Shown: one piece after another, positions 24,820-37,446 of the stretch
How the letters are laid out: each line of letters starts with the position of its first letter
How positions within the stretch are numbered: the first letter of the stretch is position 1
Assembly (NCBI GenBank): GCA_964016885.1
Contig: OZ024747.1
Coordinates: 33,790,001-33,854,000, forward strand
Source: Eledone cirrhosa
Taxonomy: Eukaryota
Length of the DNA: 64,000 bases
Direction of reading: 5' to 3'
Program-made: the position numbers and the translations under genes
The notes under the pieces: model-generated
Told to the model about the DNA's origin: nothing
The model's database searches: none
Seen by the model: the letters and a program-made list of their open reading frames with translations, nothing else

Positions 24820-27800
24820 AAACTTCAGAGTTGGTACCATGAATGTAGGCAGGCTTCAACGTATGAAGTTGATGTTTGTTGTGTTCAAGAGACTAGGTGG
24901 AGGGGTGGGTCTGCTAGATGCATTATGGGTAAAAAACGATGCTATAAACTTTTCTGGATGGGAAATGACAATGGGCTGGGTGGAGTAGGAATTATGTTAG
25001 CAGAAAAATGGGTAGATAAGGTAATTGATGTAAATAGAGTGAACGACAGAATAATTAAAATAAGACTTGTCCTAAATAGAATTACTGTGACAATAATATC
25101 CGCTTACGCACCCCAATTTGGACTGCCTGGCCTTATAACAGACAGGTACTATGAGTCGCTAATGGTCTCTACTTCCGAAATAACCGACATTGACTGAATA
25201 ATTATTGCTGGTGATCTAAATGGTCGTGTTGGACAACATTGTGACGGCTACAATGGAATCCATGGAGGTTATGGGTTTGGTACTAGACATGAGGAAGGCT
25301 CCAGAATCCTGGAATTCTGTAATGCTAATAACCTAACTATCTGTAACACAAAAAATGAGACAATTACTTGATCACCTATAGATCAGGGGAGCATGCCAGT
25401 CAGATATATTATATCCTTATTGCAAATACTAAATCCCTCCCCTGTGAAGAATGCGCCTCCCAACATAGCCTCATAGTTAGTGACCTTATAGTCAGGACTA
25501 GACGTAGTCAATGACAGAGGAGGACTATCCCAAGGAGAAGAATATGGAAGTTGAAGGACCCCACAACCAGTAACAAATTTAAAAGCATATTACTTGATGC
25601 TTTTGACAGTAAGGAAGAGCAATTAGAAATGTACAATATAGAGGAACAGTGGGAGTTCTTGAAAGTTAAACTGCTGAAGGTGACAGATGAAATCTGTGGC
25701 TGGAGCAGACCTATAGGCAGGAGGAGACTAACTTGGTGGTGGAGCAATAAGGTGGAGGAGATAATCAAGGCCAAAAATCAGGCTTGGAAAGTATGGCAGG
25801 ATGAGGGAAGTAGAGAATACTATCAAGTGGCCAGGAAAGAATCTAGGAGACAAGTGTACTTGGCAAGAAAGGAAGCAGAGGATAGAAAGTTCAAGCATGT
25901 TCTACAATGCAAGGATCAAAAACGAAAGATGTTCAGGATTGCAAGACAATATGTCAAGGAAAACCGTGATATTGTCGGGGAGAAGTGTGTCTGTAATGAT
26001 GATGGTGTACTTGCCCTCACTGATACTGATAAGAAGGTAGCTTGGAAGTGTCACTACGAGAGACTATTAAATGAGGATAATAAATGGGAAAAAGATAGTC
26101 TGCCCCAAATCGATCCAATAGAGGGACCAGCAGTGCAAGTTAAAGGTAGTATGATAAGTAAGGCAATCAAAGCTATGAAGACAGGCAAGGCAGCTGGGCC
26201 TTCGGAGATAGTTGCTGAGATGTTGAAAGCATCTGGAATGGTGGGACATATTATGGTCACCCGGATAGTAAACCAAGTAATACAGAATGGGGTCATACCA
26301 AATGACTGGTGTAGCAGCAGCATCATGAACTGCTACAAGGGTAAAGGAGATGCTCTAGATAGGGGAAACTATAGAGGCATTAAGTTAGTTGACCAGGTCA
26401 TGAAGGTCACAGAAAGAGTTATAGCACAACTAATCGGAGAGCAAATTGATCTAGATAAACTGCAGTTTGGGTTTGTGTCAGGTAAAAGTACCACAGACAC
26501 TCTTTTCCTTGTATGACAACTACAAGAGAAGTACCTAGCTAAAAGTAAACCCCTCTACTTAGCTTTTGTTGACTTGGAGAAAGCCTTTGACAGAGTCCTC
26601 CGCTCCATTATCTGGTGGGCTGTTAGAAAACTAGGTCTAGATGAATGGGTTGTGAGAGCAATAAAAGCCAGGTATAAAAAAACCATCAGCAAGGTTAGAA
26701 TTAACAATGAATAAAGTGAAGAATTTAGCGTAAAAGTTGGTGTTCATCAAGGCTCTGTCCTTAGCCCCTCCTGTTTCTTATTGCCCTTCAGGCTATAACA
26801 GAGGAGTTTAAGACAGGCTGCCTATGGGAACTTCTATACACAGATGATCTAACTCTCATAGGTGAATCTATGGCCGAACTAGAGAAGAAATTCCAAACAT
26901 GGAAGCATGGCCTTAAAGTTAACTTGTCTAAGACTAGTATGTAGAAAGGAAAATAGGGCATAGGAGCCCTCTGGGAAATGGCGATGCTCAGTGTATAGGA
27001 AAGGAATAGGTAGAAATTCCATTTTATGTCGCAAATGCAAACTATAGGTACATAAAAGATGTAGTGGGATCACAGGTAAGCTATCTAAGAACGTAGATTT
27101 TATTTGTGACCGTTGCTCACGTGCAATAAGTAGAAAGTGCCCACAGGATACTAGCTCCTTCCATTGCCCTGATGGTTCTATAGAAATAGTGTAAACTTTC
27201 CGTTACCTGGGTGACAAAATCAGCAGTGGTGGAGAGTGCTCTGAAATTACAGTATCCAGAGTCAGAACGGGATGGAAAAAGTTCAGAGAGCTTATACCAC
27301 TATTGGCCGCTAAGGGTTTCTCTCTAAAAATGAAAGGCAGGCTGTATGATGCCTGCATACGAACAACAATGTTACATGGCAGTGAGACTTGGCCATTGTG
27401 TGCAGAGGATATATGCAAACTGGAGAGGAACGAAGCTTGTATGCTCTGTTGGATGTGTAATAGTAATATATGTGAACGGCAAAGCATAAATGAACTAAGG
27501 GAGTAATAAGGAATAAGAGGGATCAGATGTTGTTTACTCGAGAGAAGACTACGTTGGTACGGTCACGTGATGCGCATGAAAGACGACAGCTGTATAAAAA
27601 AGTGCAGGGTGATAAAAATAGACGGTAGCCACGGAGTAGGGAGACCCAGAAAAACTTGGGACGACTTGATAAATTCCAACCTCACACACTTACACCTCTC
27701 CAAGACAATGTCACTGGACCGAGATCTTTGGCGCTACACAGTAATGCAGAAGACCCGCCTTACCTAAGTACAAAGCGAAACCTACAGTCAGTAGGCACCT

Positions 27801-28128
27801 CTTAACAAAAATACACCCCATCCACACCACCCCTTTCGATGTAAAGTTAGTTGGTACCATAACACCCAGTCCGAAATAAATGAGGTCGTGTAGGTGTCAC
27901 AACAAATAAACACACAGTCCACTCTGTAATGTGGCCATGTAGGTAACATGGTAAAAACCTCCCAGTCCACACTGTAAACGTGGTTGGGGTTAGGAAGGGC
28001 ATCAAGCCGTAGAAAAGCCGCCAGACAGTCCTATACGAGCAAGACCACCAATCTTGCCTCAAGTGGGAAAATTCCCATCCAAACCCATGCAAGCGTGGAA
28101 GAGGGACGTTAAACGATGATGATGATGA
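24820..28128 (+). mobile_element. Near-full-length decayed RTE LINE (lineage B-type 3' UTR)
   Basis: APE (YKLFWMG, GGVGI, SAYAPQ), RT (GNYRGIKL, QFGF, VDLEKAFD), WYGHVMRM; 3' UTR with AGGAAGGGCATC motif; (GAT)n tail. Confidence 0.93.
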
Positions 28129-28169
28129 TATAAGCATACATATATGTATATATATATATATATATATAT

Positions 28170-29280
28170 GTATCCTACATACATTTCTATCCACATATAA
28201 ACACAATGACATACGTAAACACACATGTTCTATGGTGCAACACAAATATACACAAATTCGCATAACTTTTGATGTTTATAGATAAACACGTTCCGACACA
28301 CACACATACACAAACGCACACATGTATTGCACATTGATGGGTGCATACATATTTGTACACAGGTATCCCATATGGCAGGGCCTAATGGATTCCCCTTGCA
28401 GTACGTACAATCTGGACTCACACAGACGTTGGTGTTATGACAATACTATACATCATTTCACCTTTTTTATTATTGATGTTATTGATGTTCTTTTGAAAGA
28501 ATCGTTTTTGCAAATGACTGAAAATATCGAATAATGTATGCCATTTTTACCAGTACCACAAAAATACTGATCCATCCACACACACACACACACACAAGCG
28601 AACACTAACATACAGACAGACATACACAAACACACACACACATCTCGGAAAAGACAAGAGCTGAAAAATATGTTTCAACATGTTAAAATACCCCCCCCCC
28701 CCAACATACACACACGTACACACACATTCCTACTGACCGATTCATTTCCATTATCACAACAATGAACCACTTTACTACATGCACACACACACACATATTT
28801 GTGTTAATAGACACCTGAACTGATAACCTCTCAACATGACTGCAACTCAATCAACCGGAAAAGGACACTCTTTGACAAACCTACATTTGGCGCGAAACCA
28901 GTTCGCGCTAAAATCAATTTAAACATTCACCTGACTTCTACTGACCAATCAAAATTGTTTTGACTACAAGAGTTTTTGCAACACGAATTGGGACGAAATT
29001 TATTGTGCTTATTCACGTGACATTCAACAACCAAACAAATTTTAATACCTCCCAAGCCACTTTGTTTACATAAAACAGGAAGAATTTCCAAAACTGATCA
29101 GATTAGAGCAAAAATAACGAGCACTCTATCTCAAAATTAATTTTGAAAAGCATAAGAAATGCGCAACCGGTAAAAACTTAAAACTAAAACTGAATACTAA
29201 CTAATACTTATTACTAATTTATACTTATTCCAAATTAAACTATTTTTCACTCGCAAAAAATTTGTCAGCATTTTCTTTTC
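28170..29280 (+). mobile_element. Penelope-like element 3' region / pseudo-LTR, relative of 55263-57678
   Basis: 28185-28250, 28445-28580 and 28640-29275 match the reverse complement of 55285-56350. Confidence 0.75.
29137..29176 (+). ncRNA. Variant hammerhead-like motif (UUGAAAA...GCAA core)
   Basis: TT TTGAAAA GCAT AAGAA ATGC GCA ACCGGT A AA. Confidence 0.5.
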
Positions 29281-29289
29281 CTTTTTACT

Positions 29290-29322
<33 letters not shown>

Positions 29323-30352
29323 TTACCAGGAAACACACTGCCTGACTAAAGAACCTCCATGTAAATCACAACCAAATCAATAAGAGAGATTTATATTTCA
29401 TTGGTATTTTTGGCATAACTGTTGGAACCATATGTTCCAGATTTAAATACCATAGATTAGACAACAAATTTCATGAGCTAATGAGGTAGCCTCTGTATAA
29501 TTGCTTTATTTGCTAGAAATAGCTGTCAAATTTCAAAAAAATCATGTGATACAATGGCTCTTTCGATAGCACCTTCCAGTGAACACTATGCTTCATAAAA
29601 AATGTTTGGCCACCGTGACACTGCCTTTGATCATACATCTGCTCTAACAGTGCTCACATAGAATTAAACAGCATTCACAATAACATGTGTTTGTGGAAAC
29701 GATACCTACCATAACACCAATATAGAGGAACGACATTCAGATGATATTAAGGTTAGCTATGAATATATCAAATTTGCAGTTATGGACCAAATCCCAGGTT
29801 GCCCTTTGGTAAGTCATTGTACCTGGCAGCCACTCATGCTGGGTTATGCAAATATCCAAATTAACCTATGCTAGCTCGGAAAAATGGACATTAAACAATG
29901 ATGATGATGTTAATGATATGATAGCTAAAAGCTAAAATGGAATAACAAGGCTTATGAATTTTGATTAAGGCAAAATCTCTTTAAATATGAGATGGTGAAA
30001 AGAAGATACATCAATACATTAAAATCAGGTAATATTTCATTTATATTCCACAAACTGGAGTAAACTCATTCATTTGCTTAATATAACTTAATCAGAGATA
30101 TCTTGTTATTGTAAATTTAGCCTTATTGATTCCAAAGATACACAGAAAAAGAATTTTCATAGTCATTGTTTTCGTCAATAGTAAGGAATAAAAAATAAAT
30201 AAAAGTGAAGCAGGGATATTTTTACAGCTAGTAATCAAAATGGGGTCATGAAATTACCTTGAGATTGGAATCTATTTTAAAGCTAAATATAAAAGAACAC
30301 ACACAAAAGGATAAAACAAAAGCAGAAAAAATAGTTTAGGTGATATATATAT

Positions 30353-30545
30353 ATCATCATCATCGTTTAACGTCCACCTTCCACACTAGCATGGGTTGGA
30401 CGGTTTTGTTCCACTTGAGGCGAGTTTGGTTGGGAGACTGGGTCTTGCTCATACAGACCTGTCTATGACAGGTTTTCTACGGCTTGATGCCCTTCCTAAC
30501 ACCAACCACATTTACAGTACCGACTGGGAGCCATTTACCATGTTT
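30353..30545 (-). mobile_element. 3'-terminal fragment of RTE lineage B (or a SINE sharing its tail)
   Basis: Reverse complement of about 27950-28128. Confidence 0.75.
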
Positions 30546-30598
30546 CCTATATATATATAACTAACAACTAATAATCGCTCTACATGGCTGAATACACA

Positions 30599-31158
30599 AA
30601 ATGTGACCTGAGTTTTTTTAAATTTAATTATAATATTGGATTCATTTGCAATTATACAAACAGCCTCTTTCATAAGCCATGTCAGTAGAATGAGCCCCTC
30701 ATTCTCACTCTTGTGTTAGCATGCAAACAGAACTGCAGACACTAATGTTTCTGGGGGATTAGTGCAGTTTACTGCTTACCTACCAACTGTCAGAGCTAGT
30801 GAAAATATATGATATTTTCTAAAATATACAGTGACTGATTGGCCTGATATTAGCAGACTGGCTGATCAGTCAGATCTGCATAATAGTAGACCCACTGATC
30901 AGCCAGATTTACATATCAGCAGATAAACACAAGATCCAGAATGAGGAGCTCATTCAACTGACATGGCTTATAAAAGGGGTTTGTTTGTATAATTGCAAAC
31001 AAATCGAATATTATTATTAATAATCCCACCGAGGTTAACTTTGCGTTTCATCCTTACTGGGTCAATAAAATAAAGTACCAGTAATACACTGGGTATTTGC
31101 TGGCCTTGTGCCAAAAGTAGAAACAATTATTAATATTCGAAAAACTCAGATTACATTT
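30599..31158. repeat. Fold-back element with about 120-bp arms; SINE C fragment (31024-31132) inserted in the right arm
   Basis: 30627-30717 is the reverse complement of 30925-31018; AAATGTGACCTGAGTTTTT pairs with AAAAACTCAGATTACATTT. Confidence 0.8.
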
Positions 31159-31224
31159 ATATATATAAATATATATATATAGGGTCATATATGTATATTT
31201 TACTCTTTATACAGTCATATATAT

Positions 31225-31285
<61 letters not shown>

Positions 31286-31487
31286 TATGTACACGTACAT
31301 ACATATATGTATACAGACGTACAATAGTATGTATATATATATACATACATGCACACATATATATATGTACGTATGGATTCATCGAACATTTATTATAATG
31401 CTCGGTGTGTTTGTAAACAAACATCCCGTATTAAGCCGTAGTGTCTAGCAACCATGGTTGCTCGTTTGTTCAACATTGGCAAAGGAA

Positions 31488-31528
31488 CTCTGTACTAGTT
31501 TCAAGCTTATTAGCTATCATCAGCAATG
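31488..31528 (-). ncRNA. Minimal type I hammerhead ribozyme
   Basis: Minus strand: TTG CTGATGA T AGCT AATA AGCT T GAA ACTAGT A CAG; palindromic stem III, GUA triplet, short stem I. Confidence 0.7.
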
Positions 31529-31729
31529 TATACCTTCCTGCCAGATTGTTGAACGTATATACTTACCTTATGCATATTAACGGTTGAGTAGCCCAATTTG
31601 CATATCGAGTGGGTTAATCGGTTGGGTGCACCGAAAACGATAAACGGAAAAAATGAAACAAAATTTTGAGTGGGAAATGAAATTTCGTTTTCAATTTTTC
31701 CGTTTATATATATATGTATATATACATAC

Positions 31730-31760
<31 letters not shown>

Positions 31761-31824
31761 CATATATATTTGTAGGTTCCTAAGTTGTATTAAAGGGTAA
31801 TCACAGTTAAAATAGTACATCTAG

Positions 31825-31864
31825 TATATAAGATGCCTACACTCTAGTGTAGGCATCTTATATA
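31825..31864. repeat. Perfect 19-bp-arm hairpin
   Basis: TATATAAGATGCCTACACT-CT-AGTGTAGGCATCTTATATA. Confidence 0.9.
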
Positions 31865-31873
31865 ATATATAGA

Positions 31874-31976
31874 AATGACTTCTAAAGGACCGGATCTGTT
31901 TCACTCTTATAAAACTATCAGTATTTCTGATGATTTCCTTTGAATGAAACTGTTCTAGTCCTGTAGAAGCCATTTA
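31874..31976. repeat. Divergent inverted pair of truncated hammerhead remnants
   Basis: Plus: CTGATGA...GAAACTGTTCTAGTC; minus: CTGATAG...GAAACAGATCCGGTC; arms are imperfect reverse complements. Confidence 0.55.
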
Positions 31977-32080
31977 CCACACACACACAAACATATATAT
32001 ATATATATATATATAGGGAAATGCTGACCCACTTCACTACATATCACACTGATTGTATAACTGCACCCATGATTGTGTAA

Positions 32081-32131
32081 GCATCTGACGAAGTCACATG
32101 AGTAACCATGTAACAGAAATATATATCATGC
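32081..32131 (+). ncRNA. Type I hammerhead ribozyme
   Basis: GCAT CTGACGA A GTCACATG AGTAAC CATGTAAC A GAA ATATATAT C ATGC. Confidence 0.8.
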
Positions 32132-32929
32132 AGTAAACAATTATTGTGATTTAATCCCATCTTAACAACCATTATTTAATTGATATATATATAGATATAT
32201 ATATATATAGATATATATATATAATTGTCGGTAGCACTAAGACAACATTTAAACATAGTAGAAGTGTATCTGAAAGAATATATTGTACGTTTATATACAA
32301 TAAACATATAGTTAGCCTCACTGCTTAAGAAAATATTTTATTATTTTCTATTTTCCTCTTGGTAAATCACAGATTTACCAGTATGCCTTGAGAATGTCAA
32401 ACAGTGCAGTTTCAAATTTGTTAATTTTTCATCACTCTACATGAACTCTGTACTGACAGGGAATAGACTAGAGTCTACATAGAATTTTATGTGATGATAG
32501 GGTAAGTTGTCCGTAGCAGGATTTGAATTTAGAATGTTAAGAACCAGAACAATACAACAAAGCATTTGTCCAAAGCGTTAAAATTAATAGAAATGGGTGT
32601 TGGGAAAGAAATTGGATGTAGATATATGAGATAGCCTCCCTCCCCTGTAACTCACTCATCATAGCATAGTCTATGATCCCATTGTGATCAATGGGATCAT
32701 AGAGGGTTGTCAATAAACCATAACCTCCATCACTGCCATCTTTCATTTTAGTGACTGTGTTTGGTGGACAGGTTTCCTTTAGCACAGCCTGGGGCAAGTC
32801 ATTACAATTCTGTGTCATTTTTTTTGTGGGTTTTAGATTTTTGAGGCTACTTTTCAACATATTTTCCCATGTGGGTGATGTGGTATGTGTGTGAATACAC
32901 TGCCATCTTAAAAATCACTGATCAAACAT

Positions 32930-33340
32930 TCAAACCGTTAGAAAGAGCAGTAAATCTCCATCTGATTGCAGACAGCAATACTATAAAATGAGGAGACACT
33001 GGGAAATATAATCTCTAATATACAAAGACAAAAACATCATAGCTGGAATGTCTTTTATCACAAGCCTGCTTGTTCAGATTTGACCTGGGATTAAACAGCA
33101 ACAACTAATGGAATTTCTACATGTTAACATGGGCACAACTTCTGAGCTGGTATTTCAACTGCCAGAAAGAGCAGCTAAATCTCCTTTAAATCAGACATCT
33201 TGCAGTTTTAAAAAATGAAAGACATATTAAACAATACTTTCTCTGATATAGAAATAGACAGGATGGTCATGGCTTGAACACTTTTTATCATAGATCTTAT
33301 AGATCAGAGCTGACCTGAGGCTAATTAGCAACAGCTAAGA
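32930..33340 (+). repeat. Two diverged copies of an abundant short interspersed repeat
   Basis: AGAAAGAGCAG.TAAATCTCC...GCT.GAA...CTTT.ATCA...TGACCTG.G..TAA..AGCAACA occurs twice; similar pieces at about 29500-29680, 43850-43930, 44820-45010 and 63780-63850. Confidence 0.55.
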
Positions 33341-34071
33341 ATGCCTTCAAGTGTTAGGGTGATCTAATAAATAGAGCAACCGAACGCTCCCACAAATCAC
33401 ACCCATCTTCTTGCCTATTGTCTCAAAAGAATATCAACATTTACAAAAACCAATGTCAATACCTAACTTGTAGGTGAGTATTTGTGTGTGTAGCCACCTG
33501 TTTATTGCAAACATCTACATATCAGTGATGTTGGTTTATGCCCTGCATAAAGACAATAAATTTGGCATGGTGGTTCAATAGAGACGAGTGATATACACCA
33601 TTCTTATTTATAGATAATGTATGGCTTGATGTTAAGTGGAGTAACCAGTTATAAAAGGAAAAATTGCTCTCAAAATGTCTCATCAAGCTGGCCTAGAAAA
33701 GTGGGTTTAAAATTATATATATATGCAAATATAAATATATGTCTATCTATGAGGTCAGTAGTTCTGCTTGAGTACTATCTTGGTCTGTGATAAACCATCC
33801 AACCCATGCTTGCAGGGAAGATCGCTGTTGAACGATGATATATATATATAAAGGTTATATTTGCATAAATACAGAGTGTATATATATATACATATATAAA
33901 TATATATATACTTATATATATATATATATATATATACATACATAACATACACTCATAAATCTCTAAAGAGATAAATATAGCAATAGAGTCATATATAGTA
34001 CACGCACATACATATCATCATCATCTAGCGGCGATTTTTACATGCATGCATATATATATTATAGATATGCA

Positions 34072-34116
<45 letters not shown>

Positions 34117-36046
34117 ATATAACATATAACGTCAGAAATGTCTTCTGTGAAGAACACCACATACATACCTCTCAATACATATCTGTAATAGCATCAGCAG
34201 CAGTAGCAGCAATGATATTTATTTTCACCCAATAAAAGATTTGCTTTGATCTAGTCTTTTGATACACAAGTTAGTCTGCTTAACCTCATGACCAAAATAT
34301 ATCTGAATTCAGTTTTTCCTTTTCTATATTTCAAGAAATAAATGTCAGGATGGGATCTTTAGATGTCTGTACATGGGTCTGATTTATTAAGCAAAACATG
34401 GTTCTGTTTGCGAGATTAAAAATAAATCTAGCAGAGAATTTATTGTGACTCTGATCGGAGGAAGACAAATGCAAATAAATATATCTGACTGCAAATGCAA
34501 ATTTTTCTCTGTCTATCTATCCTCTCTATTCGTTTATGTCTCTCACTCACTTTTGATATGCACCATTACTCTGCTATGCACATACATTTGATGATGATGA
34601 TGATGATGATGTTGCCGCCAGTGTGTGTGTGTGCGCATACATATAGATATATGTATATACTCCATATATATGAATATAAATATATATGTGTACGTTTGTA
34701 TATTCATATGTGTTTGTATATATATTATATATATATATACATATATATATTTGAAGAATCATTATAATCTAGCTATGAGCCAGTATTAATATAATGGACA
34801 GTACTTTTATTGTCACTTGGCTGCTCACAGTCAGTTGCAGAAGTTTATAGCCAAGTTATGGTGTTCGTCTTTTCACAATGCTTTCCTACTATTGCTAGTG
34901 GCATAATGGTTTATACCTAAACAACTAAAAAATTATCACATATACTGGAATTTTGATATGCAGCTATCATTTAGAAGTGATGCTTATTTTTCATCACATG
35001 TCATTTTTTTTTCCTTGGAGTCTACAATAATTCCTTTATTTATATTTTCACTGATTTTTCTTGCTTTTTTTATTATGATAATACAGACCATAACTATATT
35101 GATTGTGCTTTACCAAAATCCTTTGAAAGAATGCTTTAGTACCATTGCAAAATCTCCAAGCCTATGATAAAATGGATATATATTACAATATACTTGATGT
35201 TTCTGCTTCACAGTAAACACTTTCTTATCTATGGAATGAATATAATGAGTTGTTTATCCCAGTTCAGCCCTGATTGAGCAGATACTGCATATAATCTTTT
35301 ATTTTGTCGGTTTTCGGTTCAGGGAGAGAAGAATAGTAGCCTTTACCTATTTCAGAGCTCCTCATGTAATTGATGGAACCCAGCCCAACTGCAACAGAGT
35401 AGTCTCTGCTAAAAGCATCCAAGAACTAAGAAGTGTTGTTAAATGTGGTGGTAGATTAAGTCTACCGCCCAAGTAGGCTACATTAAGATTTGAACCTAAA
35501 ACACAAATCACATCTTATATTGTAACAATTCCTCCAATCCACCAGCAATACTCTCTCTCTTTCTTTCTCTCTCTCTGTATATGTATATTAATGATGATGA
35601 TATATATAATGTATCAATCATAATGTTATTTGTCTCTAATATAGTCAGACATCTCAATAAAAAGATAAAATTTCAACTGAGGAAAGCAATTAAACATATT
35701 TAACCTAAGCCAAACTCTCGATTAGGGACACTATATGAATGAAAGTGACTTATTTTAATTTGTCTAACATATATCTCCCAATTGAGATTTTGGCTAAAGT
35801 TAAATAGGTTTAATTACTTTTATAGTTTGTATTCATCTAGTTGTGGTTATAGACTATGACCACATACATTTGGTCATTTCATTAATGGTGTCACACTTTC
35901 TTAACTTCATGTTTACTTTGGACGAAAATGTATTAACTTTTCACAACATCGAGTATATACATACATATACATACATATACATACATACATATATATACAT
36001 ATACACACATATACATACATATACATACATATACATACATACATAT

Positions 36047-36084
36047 ATTACTGTTGGAAGCTCCCGAGAGCTTCCAACAGTAAT
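36047..36084. repeat. Perfect 17-bp-arm hairpin at the 5' junction of a hammerhead-bearing segment
   Basis: ATTACTGTTGGAAGCTC-CCGA-GAGCTTCCAACAGTAAT. Confidence 0.9.
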
Positions 36085-36140
36085 GGTTGCATTCTTTAAG
36101 GGTATGTCAATATTTATTTATAAAACTGCTCTATATTATA

Positions 36141-36201
36141 TTTTATCTGATGAAAGCACACCATAATTTAACTTGGTGTGATTGAAATATGTATAATGAA
36201 A
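36141..36201 (+). ncRNA. Type I hammerhead ribozyme
   Basis: TTTTAT CTGATGA AAG CACACCA...TGGTGTG ATT GAA ATATGTAT A ATGAAA; homolog at 55011-55073. Confidence 0.75.
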
Positions 36202-36248
36202 TAAATATGTTTTTATAAATATAGTTTCCATTTGTTAATATCGTATAC

Positions 36249-36279
<31 letters not shown>

Positions 36280-36326
36280 CATATACTATATACATACATA
36301 TACATACACATATACATATACTATAT

Positions 36327-36663
36327 GGAGGCACATGGCTTAGTGGTTAGGCATTGGCCTTGCAATCGAAAGGTTGTGAGTTCAATTCTCAGACCGGATG
36401 ATATGTTGTTTCCTGGAGTAAGACACTTTATTTCACATTGCTCCAGTTTACTCAGCTGTAGACATGAGATGATAGGGACTGGCGTCCCTATCATTCCACT
36501 GTAAAGTGCACGTGTGGGCGCCACGGAAAAAAAGCACCCAGCACTCACTGTAAATGAGGTTGGTGTTAGGAAGGGCATCCATCTGTAGAAATCAAGCCAG
36601 AATCAGTTCCCGTCCCAGGCTTGCAAGCAAGGAAAAGCGGACGTAAAATGATGATGATGATGA
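36327..36663 (+). mobile_element. tRNA-derived SINE family A
   Basis: Colinear with 16752-17098. Confidence 0.9.
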
Positions 36664-37108
36664 TATTTGTGATAGTAGAATGTAAATATATTAGAGAGTT
36701 GAAGTCTGATATCTCAGCTCATCAGAACAGTAAGAGATCACTTGTCGAGCAACTCTGTAATATTTATATATATTATGTATTTAATGATACAATGAACTAG
36801 CACCTCCACCCCCACGCCCCACCATTAGGGTCACCCTCCCTTTCAGCTTCCTGTTTAGACCAAAACCAGTCTTTAAATGACCAAAACACATTCCAAAATA
36901 CTTCTACACGTGCACCTACACACATGCACAACATTTTAAATGCTCACGCAAACACGCACATGAATATCTGTGAATACACACCCACTTAGCTGCCCCACCA
37001 ATTACACCACAACACACACATACATACACCCACACACAAAAAAATAGGGCCTATGCCTATATATATATATATATACCTCCTCAGTTCACATAAATATTTT
37101 TTTGTCAC

Positions 37109-37391
37109 ATCACCAGTCTGAGGAGCAGGTTGATACTGGTGTCAGTTCAATAACTCCTATGGGTCACCTTGAGCCAATCCTCTGGAGTCAGGTCCATAAC
37201 TCATATGGGTCACCTTGAGCCAATCCTCTGGAGTCAGGTCCATAACTCATATGGGTCACCTTGAGCCAATCCTCTGGAGTCAAGTCTATAACTCCTGTGG
37301 GTCACCTTGAGCCAATCCTCTGGAGTCAAGTCTATAACTCCTATGGGTCACCTTGAGCCAATCCTCTGCAAAACGCGTGTAACAGGTTGAT
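37109..37391 (+). ncRNA. Degenerate type I hammerhead with minisatellite-expanded stem II
   Basis: ATCACCAGT CTGAGGA GCAG...[minisatellite]...CTGC AAA ACGCGTGT A ACAGGTTGAT. Confidence 0.55.
37151..37368. repeat. 46-bp minisatellite, about 4.7 copies
   Basis: TAACTCCTATGGGTCACCTTGAGCCAATCCTCTGGAGTCAGGTCCA at 37151, 37197, 37243, 37289 and 37335. Confidence 0.95.
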
Positions 37392-37446
37392 ATATAATAA
37401 ATATTTTTCATATGTAAAGAAACTTCCTCATTTTTTTCTATTATAT

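Noticed and set aside
32537-32907. 107-aa ORF as a host exon
   Set aside because: No recognisable domain; contains a 14-bp-arm palindrome and abuts an interspersed repeat; cannot be supported without RNA data
37151-37368. CRISPR-like array
   Set aside because: Units are contiguous with no unique spacers, there are no cas genes, and the context is eukaryotic; it is a minisatellite
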